A stretch of DNA of 64,000 nucleotides from NCBI GenBank assembly GCA_964483625.1, contig CAZABB010000004.1:6337-70336 (forward strand), in the 5' to 3' direction. Source of the DNA: an uncultured Planctomycetia bacterium. Its GTDB lineage: Bacteria > Omnitrophota > Gorgyraeia > Duberdicusellales > 4484-171. The notes under the pieces are model-generated. The model had not been told where the DNA came from and did no database searches. It worked only from the letters and a program-made list of their open reading frames with translations. Shown here piece after piece: positions 27,402 to 37,487 of this stretch. Within the stretch, counting starts at the first letter, position 1. The number at the start of each line of letters is the position of its first letter. Made by a program: the position numbers and the translations under genes.

Positions 27402-28321
27402 CCCCGCAGGATCACCTCCACCGCGCCGGCGACTGATTCCGGATCGATATTCATGCATATGTTTTCATTTTCGCATTCGGTCCCCTCACACGACACACAC
27501 GGGACGTCACTATGCTGCAACACCACCGATTTATTTGAAAGCGGCTTCGAACGTGCCGGGAGCGTCGGGCCAAACAATCCTACCACGGGAATATCCAGGT
27601 AGGAAGCCAGATGCATGAGGCTGGAATCGACGGCAATCAATACCCGGCAGTACTTTTTCATCAGATAAAAGACATCGGCCAAACCGGTTTTATCCACCAG
27701 ATCGATTACTCCTTCTCTGGCAGGAATATCGCGATAAAACTGGCGGTCTTTTTGTGTCCCGAAGATCATGACCGGATACCGGGTCCTCAATATATCGACA
27801 AGGCGGGCGACATTTTCATACGGATACTCCTTCAGGTGAAACCGGGAAGAACAGGCTACTCCCACTGACGGGGCAAGATCGAATCTTTCCCATCTTTCTT
27901 TTTCACTCAGAGACAGCAGGCAGTCGCTTTTCTCCCCATGTTCGGGACAACCAAGCGGTTCGATCAGTTTCAGATACTTACGCGTAATATGGTCGCCAGG
28001 AGAAAACCGGCGAAGATACGACGTGCGCCAGGCAGGGCCAATAAAAACCGGCAGAAGAGAATTCTTAAGGTCAACGACGATATCGAATCGTCTCCACAGT
28101 TTGAGGGCAAACTTCATCTTCCGGAAAACCGGCCAGCGTTTATTAAAAACGCGCACCGCATCGATATGGCTCATGCGGCTCAAAAAGTCTTGAGTTGCCG
28201 GCGAAGCGATCGCGGTGATCGTCCCGCCGCAATAGCAGGCATGAATTTTATCCAGGACGGGCAAAGCAAGAAAAACATCGCCGATATTGGTAGGAAAATT
28301 AATCAGGATCCGTTCACTCAT
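27398..28321 (-). CDS. Glycosyltransferase family 9 (heptosyltransferase-like)
   Basis: ILINFPTNIGDVFLALP GT9 motif. Confidence 0.85.
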   Translation of the reverse strand: MSERILINFPTNIGDVFLALPVLDKIHACYCGGTITAIASPATQDFLSRMSHIDAVRVFNKRWPVFRKMKFALKLWRRFDIVVDLKNSLLPVFIGPAWRTSYLRRFSPGDHITRKYLKLIEPLGCPEHGEKSDCLLSLSEKERWERFDLAPSVGVACSSRFHLKEYPYENVARLVDILRTRYPVMIFGTQKDRQFYRDIPAREGVIDLVDKTGLADVFYLMKKYCRVLIAVDSSLMHLASYLDIPVVGLFGPTLPARSKPLSNKSVVLQHSDVPCVSCEGTECENENICMNIDPESVAGAVEVILRG

Positions 28322-29327
28322 TACCTAAAACCCTCCGGGCTTCCAGGAACACATCCTCAACCTTAACCGAACGCATGCAGAAATTATCCTCGCAGTCGGT
28401 GTTATAACACGGTATCGCACAGGAAACATCGCTCCGTATGACACGGACGTTTTCTCCCCGTGGCGCGGTCACACAAGGATCGGTCGGCCCGAAGACCACA
28501 AGGGCCGTGGTCCCGCACGCTGCCGCAAGATGCGCGGGCCCGGAATCGTTTGAGACAAACAGATCGAAATGCTCCATCAACGCGGCAAGCTCAAGCAACG
28601 TCGTCTGGCCGCAGAAATCGTAATACGCGCTATTGCGCATCTTCCCGGTAACCTCAGCAACACGTTCGGTTTCTTTGGCGGCTCCGACAAAACATATACC
28701 GCAATCAAGTTCTTCGATGAGCCGGTCACACAATTGACTGAAATGGTCCGCCGGCCAGCGTTTCAAATCCCAGTTCGCCGAAACATTGATTCCCACCAGA
28801 AACCGGTGAGCTCCTTCGGCGGAACTGATACGGTAATACATCGCCGTACGGGTATCTTCATCCACATACATCCGGGGAACTTCTTTTTCCACGGGAATCC
28901 CCACTTCCCGGAAAAGATGCAGGTAGCGTTTCTGCCGATGCCCTCCCTTCGGAAACGGTTTAATTCTTACCGTCAGAAGCCACGCCGTCTTTATCCTGCG
29001 ATACCCCACGCGACGGGTAATGCCGGCAAGGACGCAAAGCATGAGGCGGGTAAACGAACGATGAATACAGATTGCCGTATCGATTTTTTTTCTTCGCAAC
29101 TGGGACACAAATCTCATCTTTGCCGCGAGGCCGCGATGAGTCGTACGTTCGTCAAACAGGATCACCTCATCGATAAAGGGATTGGCATCAAAAAGACCGC
29201 GGATACGCGGCGGCACCATGACCGCGACGTATGATGCCGGACGCGCCGCCTTGATCGCCTCAAACGCCGGAAGCGTCATCACACAATCTCCCAGCCAATT
29301 CACGTTAGCAACAAGGATTCTTTTCAT
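28314..29327 (-). CDS. Glycosyltransferase family 9 (heptosyltransferase-like)
   Basis: ILVANVNWLGDCVMTLP GT9 motif. Confidence 0.85.
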   Translation of the reverse strand: MKRILVANVNWLGDCVMTLPAFEAIKAARPASYVAVMVPPRIRGLFDANPFIDEVILFDERTTHRGLAAKMRFVSQLRRKKIDTAICIHRSFTRLMLCVLAGITRRVGYRRIKTAWLLTVRIKPFPKGGHRQKRYLHLFREVGIPVEKEVPRMYVDEDTRTAMYYRISSAEGAHRFLVGINVSANWDLKRWPADHFSQLCDRLIEELDCGICFVGAAKETERVAEVTGKMRNSAYYDFCGQTTLLELAALMEHFDLFVSNDSGPAHLAAACGTTALVVFGPTDPCVTAPRGENVRVIRSDVSCAIPCYNTDCEDNFCMRSVKVEDVFLEARRVLGNE

Positions 29328-29410
29328 GACTTAACGTCACAAAGTCACAAGGTCACAGAGTCACAAGTAAAAAAATCAATACGTGTGATATGTGTCGTGT
29401 GACTTTTTCA

Positions 29411-30181
29411 TCAATAAGGATTCTTCGGTTTTTTGAATACGTTGTAAAATCCGCTCAGTTTCGCCCAGAAACGGAACCCCACGTCACGCTCGGTAATCTT
29501 TATCCGTCTGAGCGCGTACCGGTCCTTTCTTCGCGAAAATCCCCGGTTGGTCGTACAGGCGCACAGATATCCCGCTTCCTTTACCTGACGCAGGACTCTC
29601 TTATCGAACCCGCCGACAGGATAGGTTATCGTCTCAACCGGCACTGTGAAGGTTTCTTCCAGTATTCTCCTGGATTCTTTTATTTCCCGGATGACTTCCT
29701 CCTCTGTCGCCCGGGGAAGGTAGCGGTGAGAGAGTGTATGAGAACCGATTGTAACCGGGGTCTCCGAAAGGATCTGCTTGATTTCCCGCGAAGAAAGATA
29801 CTTTTCTTTATCGATATTGTCCACAATCAGAAAGATAGTCGCCGCAATATCAAGCTCATCCAGGATCTCCACCGCGCCGACATTATCACGATGGCCGTCA
29901 TCGAACGTGATCACCACGGTATTGCGTGCGATATCCTCGCCGCTTTTGAGCCGGGTACAATATTCATCTAAAAGGATCACCTGGTATCCCTTCTCCTTTA
30001 TATATTCCATCTGGGTTCGAAAACTCTCCGGCAACACCACCGAATATTCACCCAGCCGCGCCGCATCCAGAGAATGGTACATGAGAATCGGCACCTCGTA
30101 TTGAGGATACAGCCACACAAAAAAGCTCAAAAAAAGGATACCTACCACCCCCGCCAAAAAAAGGAGTAACTTTCTTCTCAT
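29411..30181 (-). CDS. Polysaccharide deacetylase (NodB domain), membrane-anchored
   Basis: ITFDDGHRDN motif; N-terminal TM segment. Confidence 0.85.
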   Translation of the reverse strand: MRRKLLLFLAGVVGILFLSFFVWLYPQYEVPILMYHSLDAARLGEYSVVLPESFRTQMEYIKEKGYQVILLDEYCTRLKSGEDIARNTVVITFDDGHRDNVGAVEILDELDIAATIFLIVDNIDKEKYLSSREIKQILSETPVTIGSHTLSHRYLPRATEEEVIREIKESRRILEETFTVPVETITYPVGGFDKRVLRQVKEAGYLCACTTNRGFSRRKDRYALRRIKITERDVGFRFWAKLSGFYNVFKKPKNPY

Positions 30182-31242
30182 CGTAATACCTCCCGCAATA
30201 CTTCCTCGGTATCGACAACCATCTGTTCCAGGGTGAACTTTTTAAGCGTCTCGACCCCGTGCAAGATCAAATGTTCCCTAAAAGACTTGTCACCGGTGAC
30301 CCGACTGAGTGCCTCGAGTAATTTTTCAGCGCTGTATTCCAAAAAGAGAACCCCGTTTGAAGAATCGGCAACAATCTCTTTTATTCCTCCGGTCGCATAC
30401 GCCACGACCGCGACTCTCTTGGCAAACGCCTCCAGGATAATATATCCGAATCCTTCTTTTGAAGAGGCGACAATGAGAATATCGATTGCATCAAGAAACT
30501 CTTCCCCGTCGAGCGAGACAAAGGTAACATCATCCTCTACCCCCAGACGAACGACGTAATCCTGTAATTTCTTCTTTAGTTTTCCTTCCCCCGAGATAGA
30601 AAGAGATATCTTGTGTTCGCCTCTCTCTTTATATAATTTTAACGCATCAACGACAAGGAAATGTCCTTTTTCGGCCGAAATCCTTCCCAGAATACCCACG
30701 CGAATCTTCTCCCGATCGCCTCCGGCGGTATCCTGAGAACTCCGGAAAGACTCAGCGTCAATCCCGTTATACACGACTCTGATATTGTGCGGCGCGACAC
30801 AAAAATCATCGACCAGGTGCTGTTTCACCGCGCCGCTGACAGCAAGCGAACGAACCCCTTCGAATTTCCACATTTTACGCATCATATGCGGTTTATAAAA
30901 GCCGTGAAACCCGGAAATATAAGGAATCCCTACGGCACGATAGATCAGGTAGGCGAGAAACTGAGTAACCCGGGTATGCGCGCAGATAACGTCTATTTTA
31001 TTATGCACCAGAAACGGGAGCAGTTTAAAAAAAGAGAAAAATATCTTCGGACTTATCATACATTTTGTCGAAAACGGCAGAGATAGGCAGTCAACCGAAT
31101 CTCTCGGCAGCCGGTCCTGCCAGTTCCCGCCACGGGAGCCGACCCATACGCGGTGCCGTGCCGACAGCCCCACGGCCAGATTGATCACATACCGGGTCAA
31201 TCCGCCGCGGTCCAGGTGATTGGTGAGTATCAGAATATTCAT
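30178..31242 (-). CDS. Glycosyltransferase family 4
   Basis: GT-B retaining family; EGFGYIILEA motif. Confidence 0.85.
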   Translation of the reverse strand: MNILILTNHLDRGGLTRYVINLAVGLSARHRVWVGSRGGNWQDRLPRDSVDCLSLPFSTKCMISPKIFFSFFKLLPFLVHNKIDVICAHTRVTQFLAYLIYRAVGIPYISGFHGFYKPHMMRKMWKFEGVRSLAVSGAVKQHLVDDFCVAPHNIRVVYNGIDAESFRSSQDTAGGDREKIRVGILGRISAEKGHFLVVDALKLYKERGEHKISLSISGEGKLKKKLQDYVVRLGVEDDVTFVSLDGEEFLDAIDILIVASSKEGFGYIILEAFAKRVAVVAYATGGIKEIVADSSNGVLFLEYSAEKLLEALSRVTGDKSFREHLILHGVETLKKFTLEQMVVDTEEVLREVLR

Positions 31243-31313
31243 ATTCAGTCTCTGGTCTCTAGTCTCTGGTATTTAGTATTTTCCACGAGATACGAGAGAC
31301 TAACGACGAACGA

Positions 31314-33383
31314 CTATTCCTTTAATAAAGATTTAGGTTTACCCAGGATACTCTGTATCCTCATGAATATTTCCTGGGGAGTAATCTTTGCCATACAGAT
31401 ATTATCTTTACATACCGGCTTGTAACAAAACGAACAGGGAATCTTTCGTACCACCAGATGAAGATAATCGCTTTTTACCGTATGCCGGGCCGGATCGGTC
31501 GGCCCGAACAAGGCGATCACCTTAATCCCCAGCGCGCAGGCCAGATGCAGGGGAGCGGTATCCTGAGTAATGAATATCTGCAAGCGAGAGAGAACGTGCA
31601 CCAGGTCTCTTAAGTTAGTTTTACCGCAAAGGTTCACGATCGAGCCCGGCGCTATTTTTTCAAACTGCCTGGATTCGATTTCACTGTGATGGTCACCGAG
31701 CAACGCGATTTTTACATGCGGATATTCTCTTAAGATCATCTCGATAAGCTTCCTGGTATTCTCTTTCGGCCAGTTCTTACTCTGCCATTTAAATGAGGCC
31801 GACATGTTGATCCCGATTACAGTCTCACCGGAGAAATCCCACTTTTCCCCGGCATCTTTTTTCGTCTCCCATAACGCGAGCTTTTTATCAACCAGGTCGA
31901 TACCGGCCAGCCGCAGGATCCGACTTTGCGATTCCAGAGGCGACACCGCCTCTTTAGGCATCGGCAGGTGATGGGTCAAAATACTTCCCCATTTACGGGA
32001 ATATCCGAATGATTTTTGCCCGAATGCCAAAAAAGCAATCAGGTGTGAAACCCGACTGTTCTGAAGATCGATCGTATAATCAAAACTTTCCCGCCGCAAA
32101 CTGTGACTTAACCTGATTATATGACGCAGTTTTTTATAATCGGCGTCGAGACCGATAACTCTGTCCACATAAGGACATTCATAAAATAAAGATACGTATT
32201 TTTTCAGCGTCAAAAGCACCACTTCACTGTCGGGATGCTGGTTTTTGATCGCTTTCAAAGAAGGAATGGATAAAATCACGTCTCCCAAAGAAGATATTTT
32301 CATAACCAGTATTCTCTTATGCCGCAGGGTCTCCTCATACACCTTCTCCACCTCCCGAACACAATGAGAAAAAGAATAAAGTGTTTCTACCTTACGGCGG
32401 GCGTTCTCCACCATATTCTGCACAAAGGACGGATTATTGATAATCTCCAGGAGTCCCTCGGCAATACTGTCGGCATTACGGGGAAACGCCAGGATCCCGT
32501 CATGCCGGTGCTCGATGATCTCCTCCAGCGCCCCCATGCGTGTGGCAACGACCGGGACTCCTGAGGCAAAGGCTTCGATAACAACCCGGCCGAACGCTTC
32601 CTCCACAACCGAGGGGATCACCAGAGCAAAGGCTTCATCCAGGAGCTCGTTGACATTATCCCGGTATCCCAGAAAACGTACCTGGTAATTCAACGCGTAA
32701 CGGGTAACCAGACTTTTCAACGACTGGAAATATTTCATTCGGGACTCCTCCGGCTCTCCCACGATCGTAAGCGTCAGATAGGGATTATGCCGGGCGATCT
32801 TCCGGAACGCTTCGATAAGATACTCGTAGCCTTTGGAAGGGGAAATACGGCCGATACTTAAAATCGAACTGCACAACCGCCGCTCTTTCTGCGGTTTGAA
32901 CGTAAATTTATCCAGATCCACCCAGCGCGGAATACATCGTATCTTATTCTCACTCACGCCGAAGTTATCCATCATGTGCCGGATGATACTTTTGGAAGGG
33001 CAAATCACGAATTTTCCCCATCCCATCACCTCACTGAATCCATGAACGGAATAGGCTCCGTGCGCGGTAGTTACAAACGGAACATTCAATCCCCGCGTCG
33101 CGAAAAACGCGATCCAGGCCGGGACACGGGAACGCGCGTGGACGATATCGATATTCTCCTCTTTGATGATCCGCCGCAGTTTCCTGATATACATCAAACT
33201 CACGATTGATTTACGGTAAACCGGAAGCTGATAATGTTTCACCCCGGACTTCTCTAACGCCTCAACGAGCCTGCCGCCGCCGGAGACCACGACCATCTCT
33301 TGGGCAAAATGCGGGGCAAAATCAAGGACCCCCCTCTCGACACCGCCGATATTCATTCTGGGTAAAATCTGCAATACCTTCAT
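31314..33383 (-). CDS. Bifunctional glycosyltransferase: GT4 (N-terminus) fused to GT9 heptosyltransferase-like (C-terminus)
   Basis: N-terminal ~350 aa is GT4 (EAFGRVVIEA). C-terminal ~330 aa is GT9 (ILVMKISSLGDVILSIP). Confidence 0.82.
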   Translation of the reverse strand: MKVLQILPRMNIGGVERGVLDFAPHFAQEMVVVSGGGRLVEALEKSGVKHYQLPVYRKSIVSLMYIRKLRRIIKEENIDIVHARSRVPAWIAFFATRGLNVPFVTTAHGAYSVHGFSEVMGWGKFVICPSKSIIRHMMDNFGVSENKIRCIPRWVDLDKFTFKPQKERRLCSSILSIGRISPSKGYEYLIEAFRKIARHNPYLTLTIVGEPEESRMKYFQSLKSLVTRYALNYQVRFLGYRDNVNELLDEAFALVIPSVVEEAFGRVVIEAFASGVPVVATRMGALEEIIEHRHDGILAFPRNADSIAEGLLEIINNPSFVQNMVENARRKVETLYSFSHCVREVEKVYEETLRHKRILVMKISSLGDVILSIPSLKAIKNQHPDSEVVLLTLKKYVSLFYECPYVDRVIGLDADYKKLRHIIRLSHSLRRESFDYTIDLQNSRVSHLIAFLAFGQKSFGYSRKWGSILTHHLPMPKEAVSPLESQSRILRLAGIDLVDKKLALWETKKDAGEKWDFSGETVIGINMSASFKWQSKNWPKENTRKLIEMILREYPHVKIALLGDHHSEIESRQFEKIAPGSIVNLCGKTNLRDLVHVLSRLQIFITQDTAPLHLACALGIKVIALFGPTDPARHTVKSDYLHLVVRKIPCSFCYKPVCKDNICMAKITPQEIFMRIQSILGKPKSLLKE

Positions 33384-35194
33384 AGTATCTTTCTCAATGC
33401 TTTCTGGAGCCTGTTCTCATTTTCTTCTTTCAACGACCCCGAAGGCCTGCGGAAATCAAACCTCCCATAGGGAGCATGAAACACATTCACGTAATCGGAT
33501 TCCAGTGAGTGAAGGAACCGCCGGTGTGTCTTTGAAGTGAGCTCTTCAAAAACCACCGCGACCGTTGTTTTATCCAGATACAGGCTTTCGGAAATCATCG
33601 ACACGCTTTCAGCGGAAACAAACACAATATTACTCTCAGAGAGAAACGTCGGGATCACAAACGGGTAATTCTCGCCGCTGGCAATCACCAAGGCCTCGGT
33701 ATGCTCAAAGCCGGCAAATTCCTCACGGACAAGCGCCTCGACATCCTTACTGGTACGCCGCGAAGTCGTGATCAGAATCCCGTAATTCTGTTCTGAGACG
33801 AACTGTTTAAGCCGCGCGGCAAATTCCCGAACGTTAGCTCGGTACGTTTTTTCATCCTCCAGCGCGTTCCCCACGCACAGACAGACTTTCTCTTTTTGAG
33901 ACAATCGAAAATGCTTCCGGCCCGTCTCGATCAAATCCGGATCATACTGCTGCCGGGCCAGGGCGCCTTTGGTCACGACCACGTTTTCGCCGTCTACCCC
34001 GTCATGTTCGGGTATGATCGCCACATCGAACCGCGACAGCGGGACATTGGGCTTTAAGATAACGCATGATCTAGCGCCACAGGCACGCGCATAGAGCACG
34101 TTTGCCGCCGCGGGTGACGAACCCGTCGAAATAACAATATCATAAAACCTGCCCTGCAATTTGTCGAACACTTCTTTTGAGAGGAAAAATCTCAAGCCCC
34201 GTGTATTCCCCAGACAATGCCGCCCGGCAAATACCGAAAGCGCCTCGACGATACAGCGCGTGAATTTATTCCGATAAGCTATCTCCACGACATCGTATTC
34301 GGTCCGATATCCGCTTTGCGCGATTGAGTCAGCCACAATCAGCGATTGCTTGAGATGCCCGGCTTTTCCGTCGCTTAAAACAAGTATCTTCCGGTTTTGT
34401 TTGCGTTTAAACCGCTTAAACCACCACATGTAATCATAAGGATGCCGGCGTAAAAAATCCTCATATCTGCGATTGATGGTACCTAAGAGCTCTTCATCGG
34501 GGGTTTGCTCATCACAACAAACAGGATCAGCGATGATAAACACATGCTCCCGGCCGCTGCGGTATCCAAACGTCGGGAATATTCTCTTATGAAACCTCTT
34601 GGCCAGAGTAACCGCTCCGCCCGGCGTCGGCACCAGGTGCCCGAAAAATTCGGCGGTTTTGGCGTTTTCCTCGGCACCGTGATCGACGACCAGGCCGACC
34701 CAGATATCTTTTTTCACCGCGGCAATAACTTCTTTCAGGGTATAACAGGGCTTTACCCGATGGGCCCGCCGCAATTCGTTTAAAAACCTGTCCAGCGACC
34801 TGTTTTTTTGCCGGCCGACCAGCAACGTCAGAGGAGCCTCGGACGCGACCACGGCATGATATGATTCCCAGTTGCCCTGATGGATACCAACGAAGATCTC
34901 CCCTCTTTCTGCCAGCTGATCGGTCCACTCTTTTCTCACCCGTTCTTTGACTTTATCGCCGAGGAATGTCTCGATGATATTCATGCCGAACGAAATAAAA
35001 CTGCGGCGAAGGATATAAAAGAGTTCGCGGTTACTTTTTTCCGGGAACGCCTGCTTGACATTGATAAAGGCGGTATTACGTTTCCGGCGGTTTAAGTAGA
35101 AACAGAATCCGATAACCCGCCCGATCCAGAGAGCCGCCGCCAGCGGGATGACATGAAGGAAACGATACATGGCTTTTAACAGAAAATAGGTCAT
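33380..35194 (-). CDS. Lipid A biosynthesis lauroyl/myristoyl acyltransferase (LpxL/HtrB family) fused to an ELM1/DUF1022-like domain
   Basis: N-terminal ~280 aa is LpxL-like with an HQGNWE catalytic motif. The C-terminus begins ILVLSDGKAGHLKQSL, which is typical of ELM1-family proteins. Confidence 0.75.
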   Translation of the reverse strand: MTYFLLKAMYRFLHVIPLAAALWIGRVIGFCFYLNRRKRNTAFINVKQAFPEKSNRELFYILRRSFISFGMNIIETFLGDKVKERVRKEWTDQLAERGEIFVGIHQGNWESYHAVVASEAPLTLLVGRQKNRSLDRFLNELRRAHRVKPCYTLKEVIAAVKKDIWVGLVVDHGAEENAKTAEFFGHLVPTPGGAVTLAKRFHKRIFPTFGYRSGREHVFIIADPVCCDEQTPDEELLGTINRRYEDFLRRHPYDYMWWFKRFKRKQNRKILVLSDGKAGHLKQSLIVADSIAQSGYRTEYDVVEIAYRNKFTRCIVEALSVFAGRHCLGNTRGLRFFLSKEVFDKLQGRFYDIVISTGSSPAAANVLYARACGARSCVILKPNVPLSRFDVAIIPEHDGVDGENVVVTKGALARQQYDPDLIETGRKHFRLSQKEKVCLCVGNALEDEKTYRANVREFAARLKQFVSEQNYGILITTSRRTSKDVEALVREEFAGFEHTEALVIASGENYPFVIPTFLSESNIVFVSAESVSMISESLYLDKTTVAVVFEELTSKTHRRFLHSLESDYVNVFHAPYGRFDFRRPSGSLKEENENRLQKALRKIL

Positions 35195-36216
35195 ACCGTA
35201 AGATTTAACCGGTCGGCGACCGCGGCAAAAAATTTCTGCGGCTCATCGATGCACAATTCTACCTGCAGGATGAAATAATTGATCCGCCGGTGCGTGAAAT
35301 CGATATGGTAATAATCCTTATACGTTATCAAAACGTCACTGATACTGTTTTTCAGGAATTCTCTCTCGATCCGACGAAGCTGTTCCCCTTTGAACTCATA
35401 ATGATCCGGATAGACAAGTGTTTTATCCGAAGTAAATCCCGCCTCTGCGATCTTCTGCCGGAAACCTTCCGGGTACCCGATAGCTGTCAGCGTGCCGATT
35501 TTCTTACCGGAAAGATACTGGTGCGGCACACGTTTGAGGTTATGATCCAGAATACCGGCCACCTTATAGTCGGCAGCACATATAAACGCGTTTTTATTCA
35601 CCCGCCGAATACGCCGGCTCAGGCCAGGCAATTCCTGATCCGTACAATAAGAAACAACGATGATATCGGCCCGCTTAAGATTACCGAACGGTTCCCGGAA
35701 AGGTCCCGCGGGAATAAGCCGGGTCCTTTGGGCCAATTCGTGCTTATTGATCAATACGATATCCACATCACGTACCAGGGCCCGGTACTGAAATCCGTCA
35801 TCGAGAAGGAACACATCATATTCAGGCTCCCGTTTACACACAAGCCTCAGCCGGTTACGGGCATCGTAGACGCTGCTGGTATTGCGCCGGATAAGCGCGT
35901 ATTCATCCCGGGCATATCCTTTCGTAACGATACAGGTGCGGACATGGGGTTTAAGTTTATTATATAGATACAGAACCATACTGGTCTTACCCGTCCCCCC
36001 CCAGGAAAGGTTGCCGATACTGACAACTTTTTTCTTTGACCAGTATCTTCCTAAAAATCCGCGGTCATAAAAAACGTTACGCGCGGTTACGGCGGCGGCA
36101 TACAAAAAAGAAAGGAGCACGAGACAGAAAAAAAGGACCTGATGCCCCAGCGGACGGTTCTTCTCTTTCAGTAACTTCAAATACTTCTGTTTTAATCCAA
36201 CAAGCGGCGGATACAT
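35191..36216 (-). CDS. lpxK: Tetraacyldisaccharide 4'-kinase
   Basis: Walker A SIGNLSWGGTGKTS. Confidence 0.9.
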   Translation of the reverse strand: MYPPLVGLKQKYLKLLKEKNRPLGHQVLFFCLVLLSFLYAAAVTARNVFYDRGFLGRYWSKKKVVSIGNLSWGGTGKTSMVLYLYNKLKPHVRTCIVTKGYARDEYALIRRNTSSVYDARNRLRLVCKREPEYDVFLLDDGFQYRALVRDVDIVLINKHELAQRTRLIPAGPFREPFGNLKRADIIVVSYCTDQELPGLSRRIRRVNKNAFICAADYKVAGILDHNLKRVPHQYLSGKKIGTLTAIGYPEGFRQKIAEAGFTSDKTLVYPDHYEFKGEQLRRIEREFLKNSISDVLITYKDYYHIDFTHRRINYFILQVELCIDEPQKFFAAVADRLNLTV

Positions 36217-37487
36217 GCGACACTGTTCTCCAGAGTTTTATGTCCTTCCTCGAATATCTGGTGGCTGTTCTGCACCAGTTCCTGGCGAAGGTCACTGTCG
36301 GTAATCAACTCTTCGATTTTGACGGTAAGTTCTTTTTCGTTTTTAACCGGTATGCCCGCCTGATGCTTGAGCACGACATTTTCTATTTCCCGGAAATTAT
36401 CCATATGCGGGCCGAAAAGTGTCGGTTTGGAAAAGTACAGCGGTTCCAGGATATTATGCCCGCCGGTATCAGCCAGGCTCCCTCCCACAAAACAGATATC
36501 AGCCACCGCGTAACAGGAAAGAAGATCTCCCACCGTATCCACCAGGAAAACATCGTCGCCGGATGAGGCCCGGGAAAACCCTTCGCTTAAAAGCGTTACG
36601 CCGAATCCTTCCTGAATATACTGCTGTTTTATCTGCCCGGCACGCTCGATATGGCGGGGAACGACCATCAACCGCAGGGAAGGATATGCGCCGTGAAGCG
36701 ACCGGAAACAATCGAGGATAATTTTTTCCTCCGGATTGTGGGTGCTGGCGGCGACCAGAAGCATCGTCCCCTGGGGTTTCAGCCGTGAATAATACTTCTC
36801 TTTAAACGCGGCAATGCGATCTCTCTTTATATGATAGTTGCTGAACTTAAGGTTCCCGGTAATAACGATCTTACGGGAAGAAGCCCCCAGGGCCAGGAAC
36901 CGATCCCGGTAAAACTCGTTCTGCACCCCGATACAATCAGCGAGGTTCAATATTTTTTTGACACCACCGTATACCCGCCGATAACGGGAAAACGCCTTTT
37001 CCGAGATCCTCCCGTTTAAGATCACTATTCGCACGGCGTGTTTTTTGAGTTGCAGGTAAAGGTTCGGCCACATTTCCGTTTCGATAGAGATAAACATGGC
37101 CGGCTTCACCAGCCGGATGACACGACGGATAAAAACACTCACATCGAAAGGGAAATAGATCACCAGGTGTTCTGGATAAAGCCTGGCGGCAACCTTGTGA
37201 CCGGTAAGTGTCGTAACCGAAATCGCCACGTCATATCCCAGTTGACGTTCGAGATATTCGACCAGAGATTGAATCAGGGTAACTTCCCCCACACTGACCA
37301 CCTGAATCCATATCGTCCGTTTCAATCGTAACGCGTTCTGCCGGATAGACTCAGGATACAGCGTGCATTTCTGCCGAAGGGCCTCAGGCGTGATCTTCCT
37401 GCGGGCAAAATGGAACGGCAGATACACGACGGCGCCCAGAATAAATACGATATCGTACAGTAACGACAAAAAACGCATTGTTCTCAT
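36192..37487 (-). CDS. waaA: 3-deoxy-D-manno-octulosonic acid (Kdo) transferase
   Basis: N-terminal signal-anchor plus GT30 family with WIHVVSVGE-type motif (QVVSVGEV). Confidence 0.9.
   Translation of the reverse strand: MRTMRFLSLLYDIVFILGAVVYLPFHFARRKITPEALRQKCTLYPESIRQNALRLKRTIWIQVVSVGEVTLIQSLVEYLERQLGYDVAISVTTLTGHKVAARLYPEHLVIYFPFDVSVFIRRVIRLVKPAMFISIETEMWPNLYLQLKKHAVRIVILNGRISEKAFSRYRRVYGGVKKILNLADCIGVQNEFYRDRFLALGASSRKIVITGNLKFSNYHIKRDRIAAFKEKYYSRLKPQGTMLLVAASTHNPEEKIILDCFRSLHGAYPSLRLMVVPRHIERAGQIKQQYIQEGFGVTLLSEGFSRASSGDDVFLVDTVGDLLSCYAVADICFVGGSLADTGGHNILEPLYFSKPTLFGPHMDNFREIENVVLKHQAGIPVKNEKELTVKIEELITDSDLRQELVQNSHQIFEEGHKTLENSVACIRRLLD

Noticed and set aside
36192-36216. Overlap of waaA (36192-37487) with lpxK (35191-36216) as a sign of a frameshifted fusion.
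   Set aside because: A 25-nt overlap of adjacent same-strand genes is common in compact operons. Both proteins have normal termini.
35290-36566. Plus-strand ORFs of 225 aa and 176 aa.
   Set aside because: They are antisense to lpxK and waaA, which have clear homology. There is no RBS or promoter and no recognisable domains.
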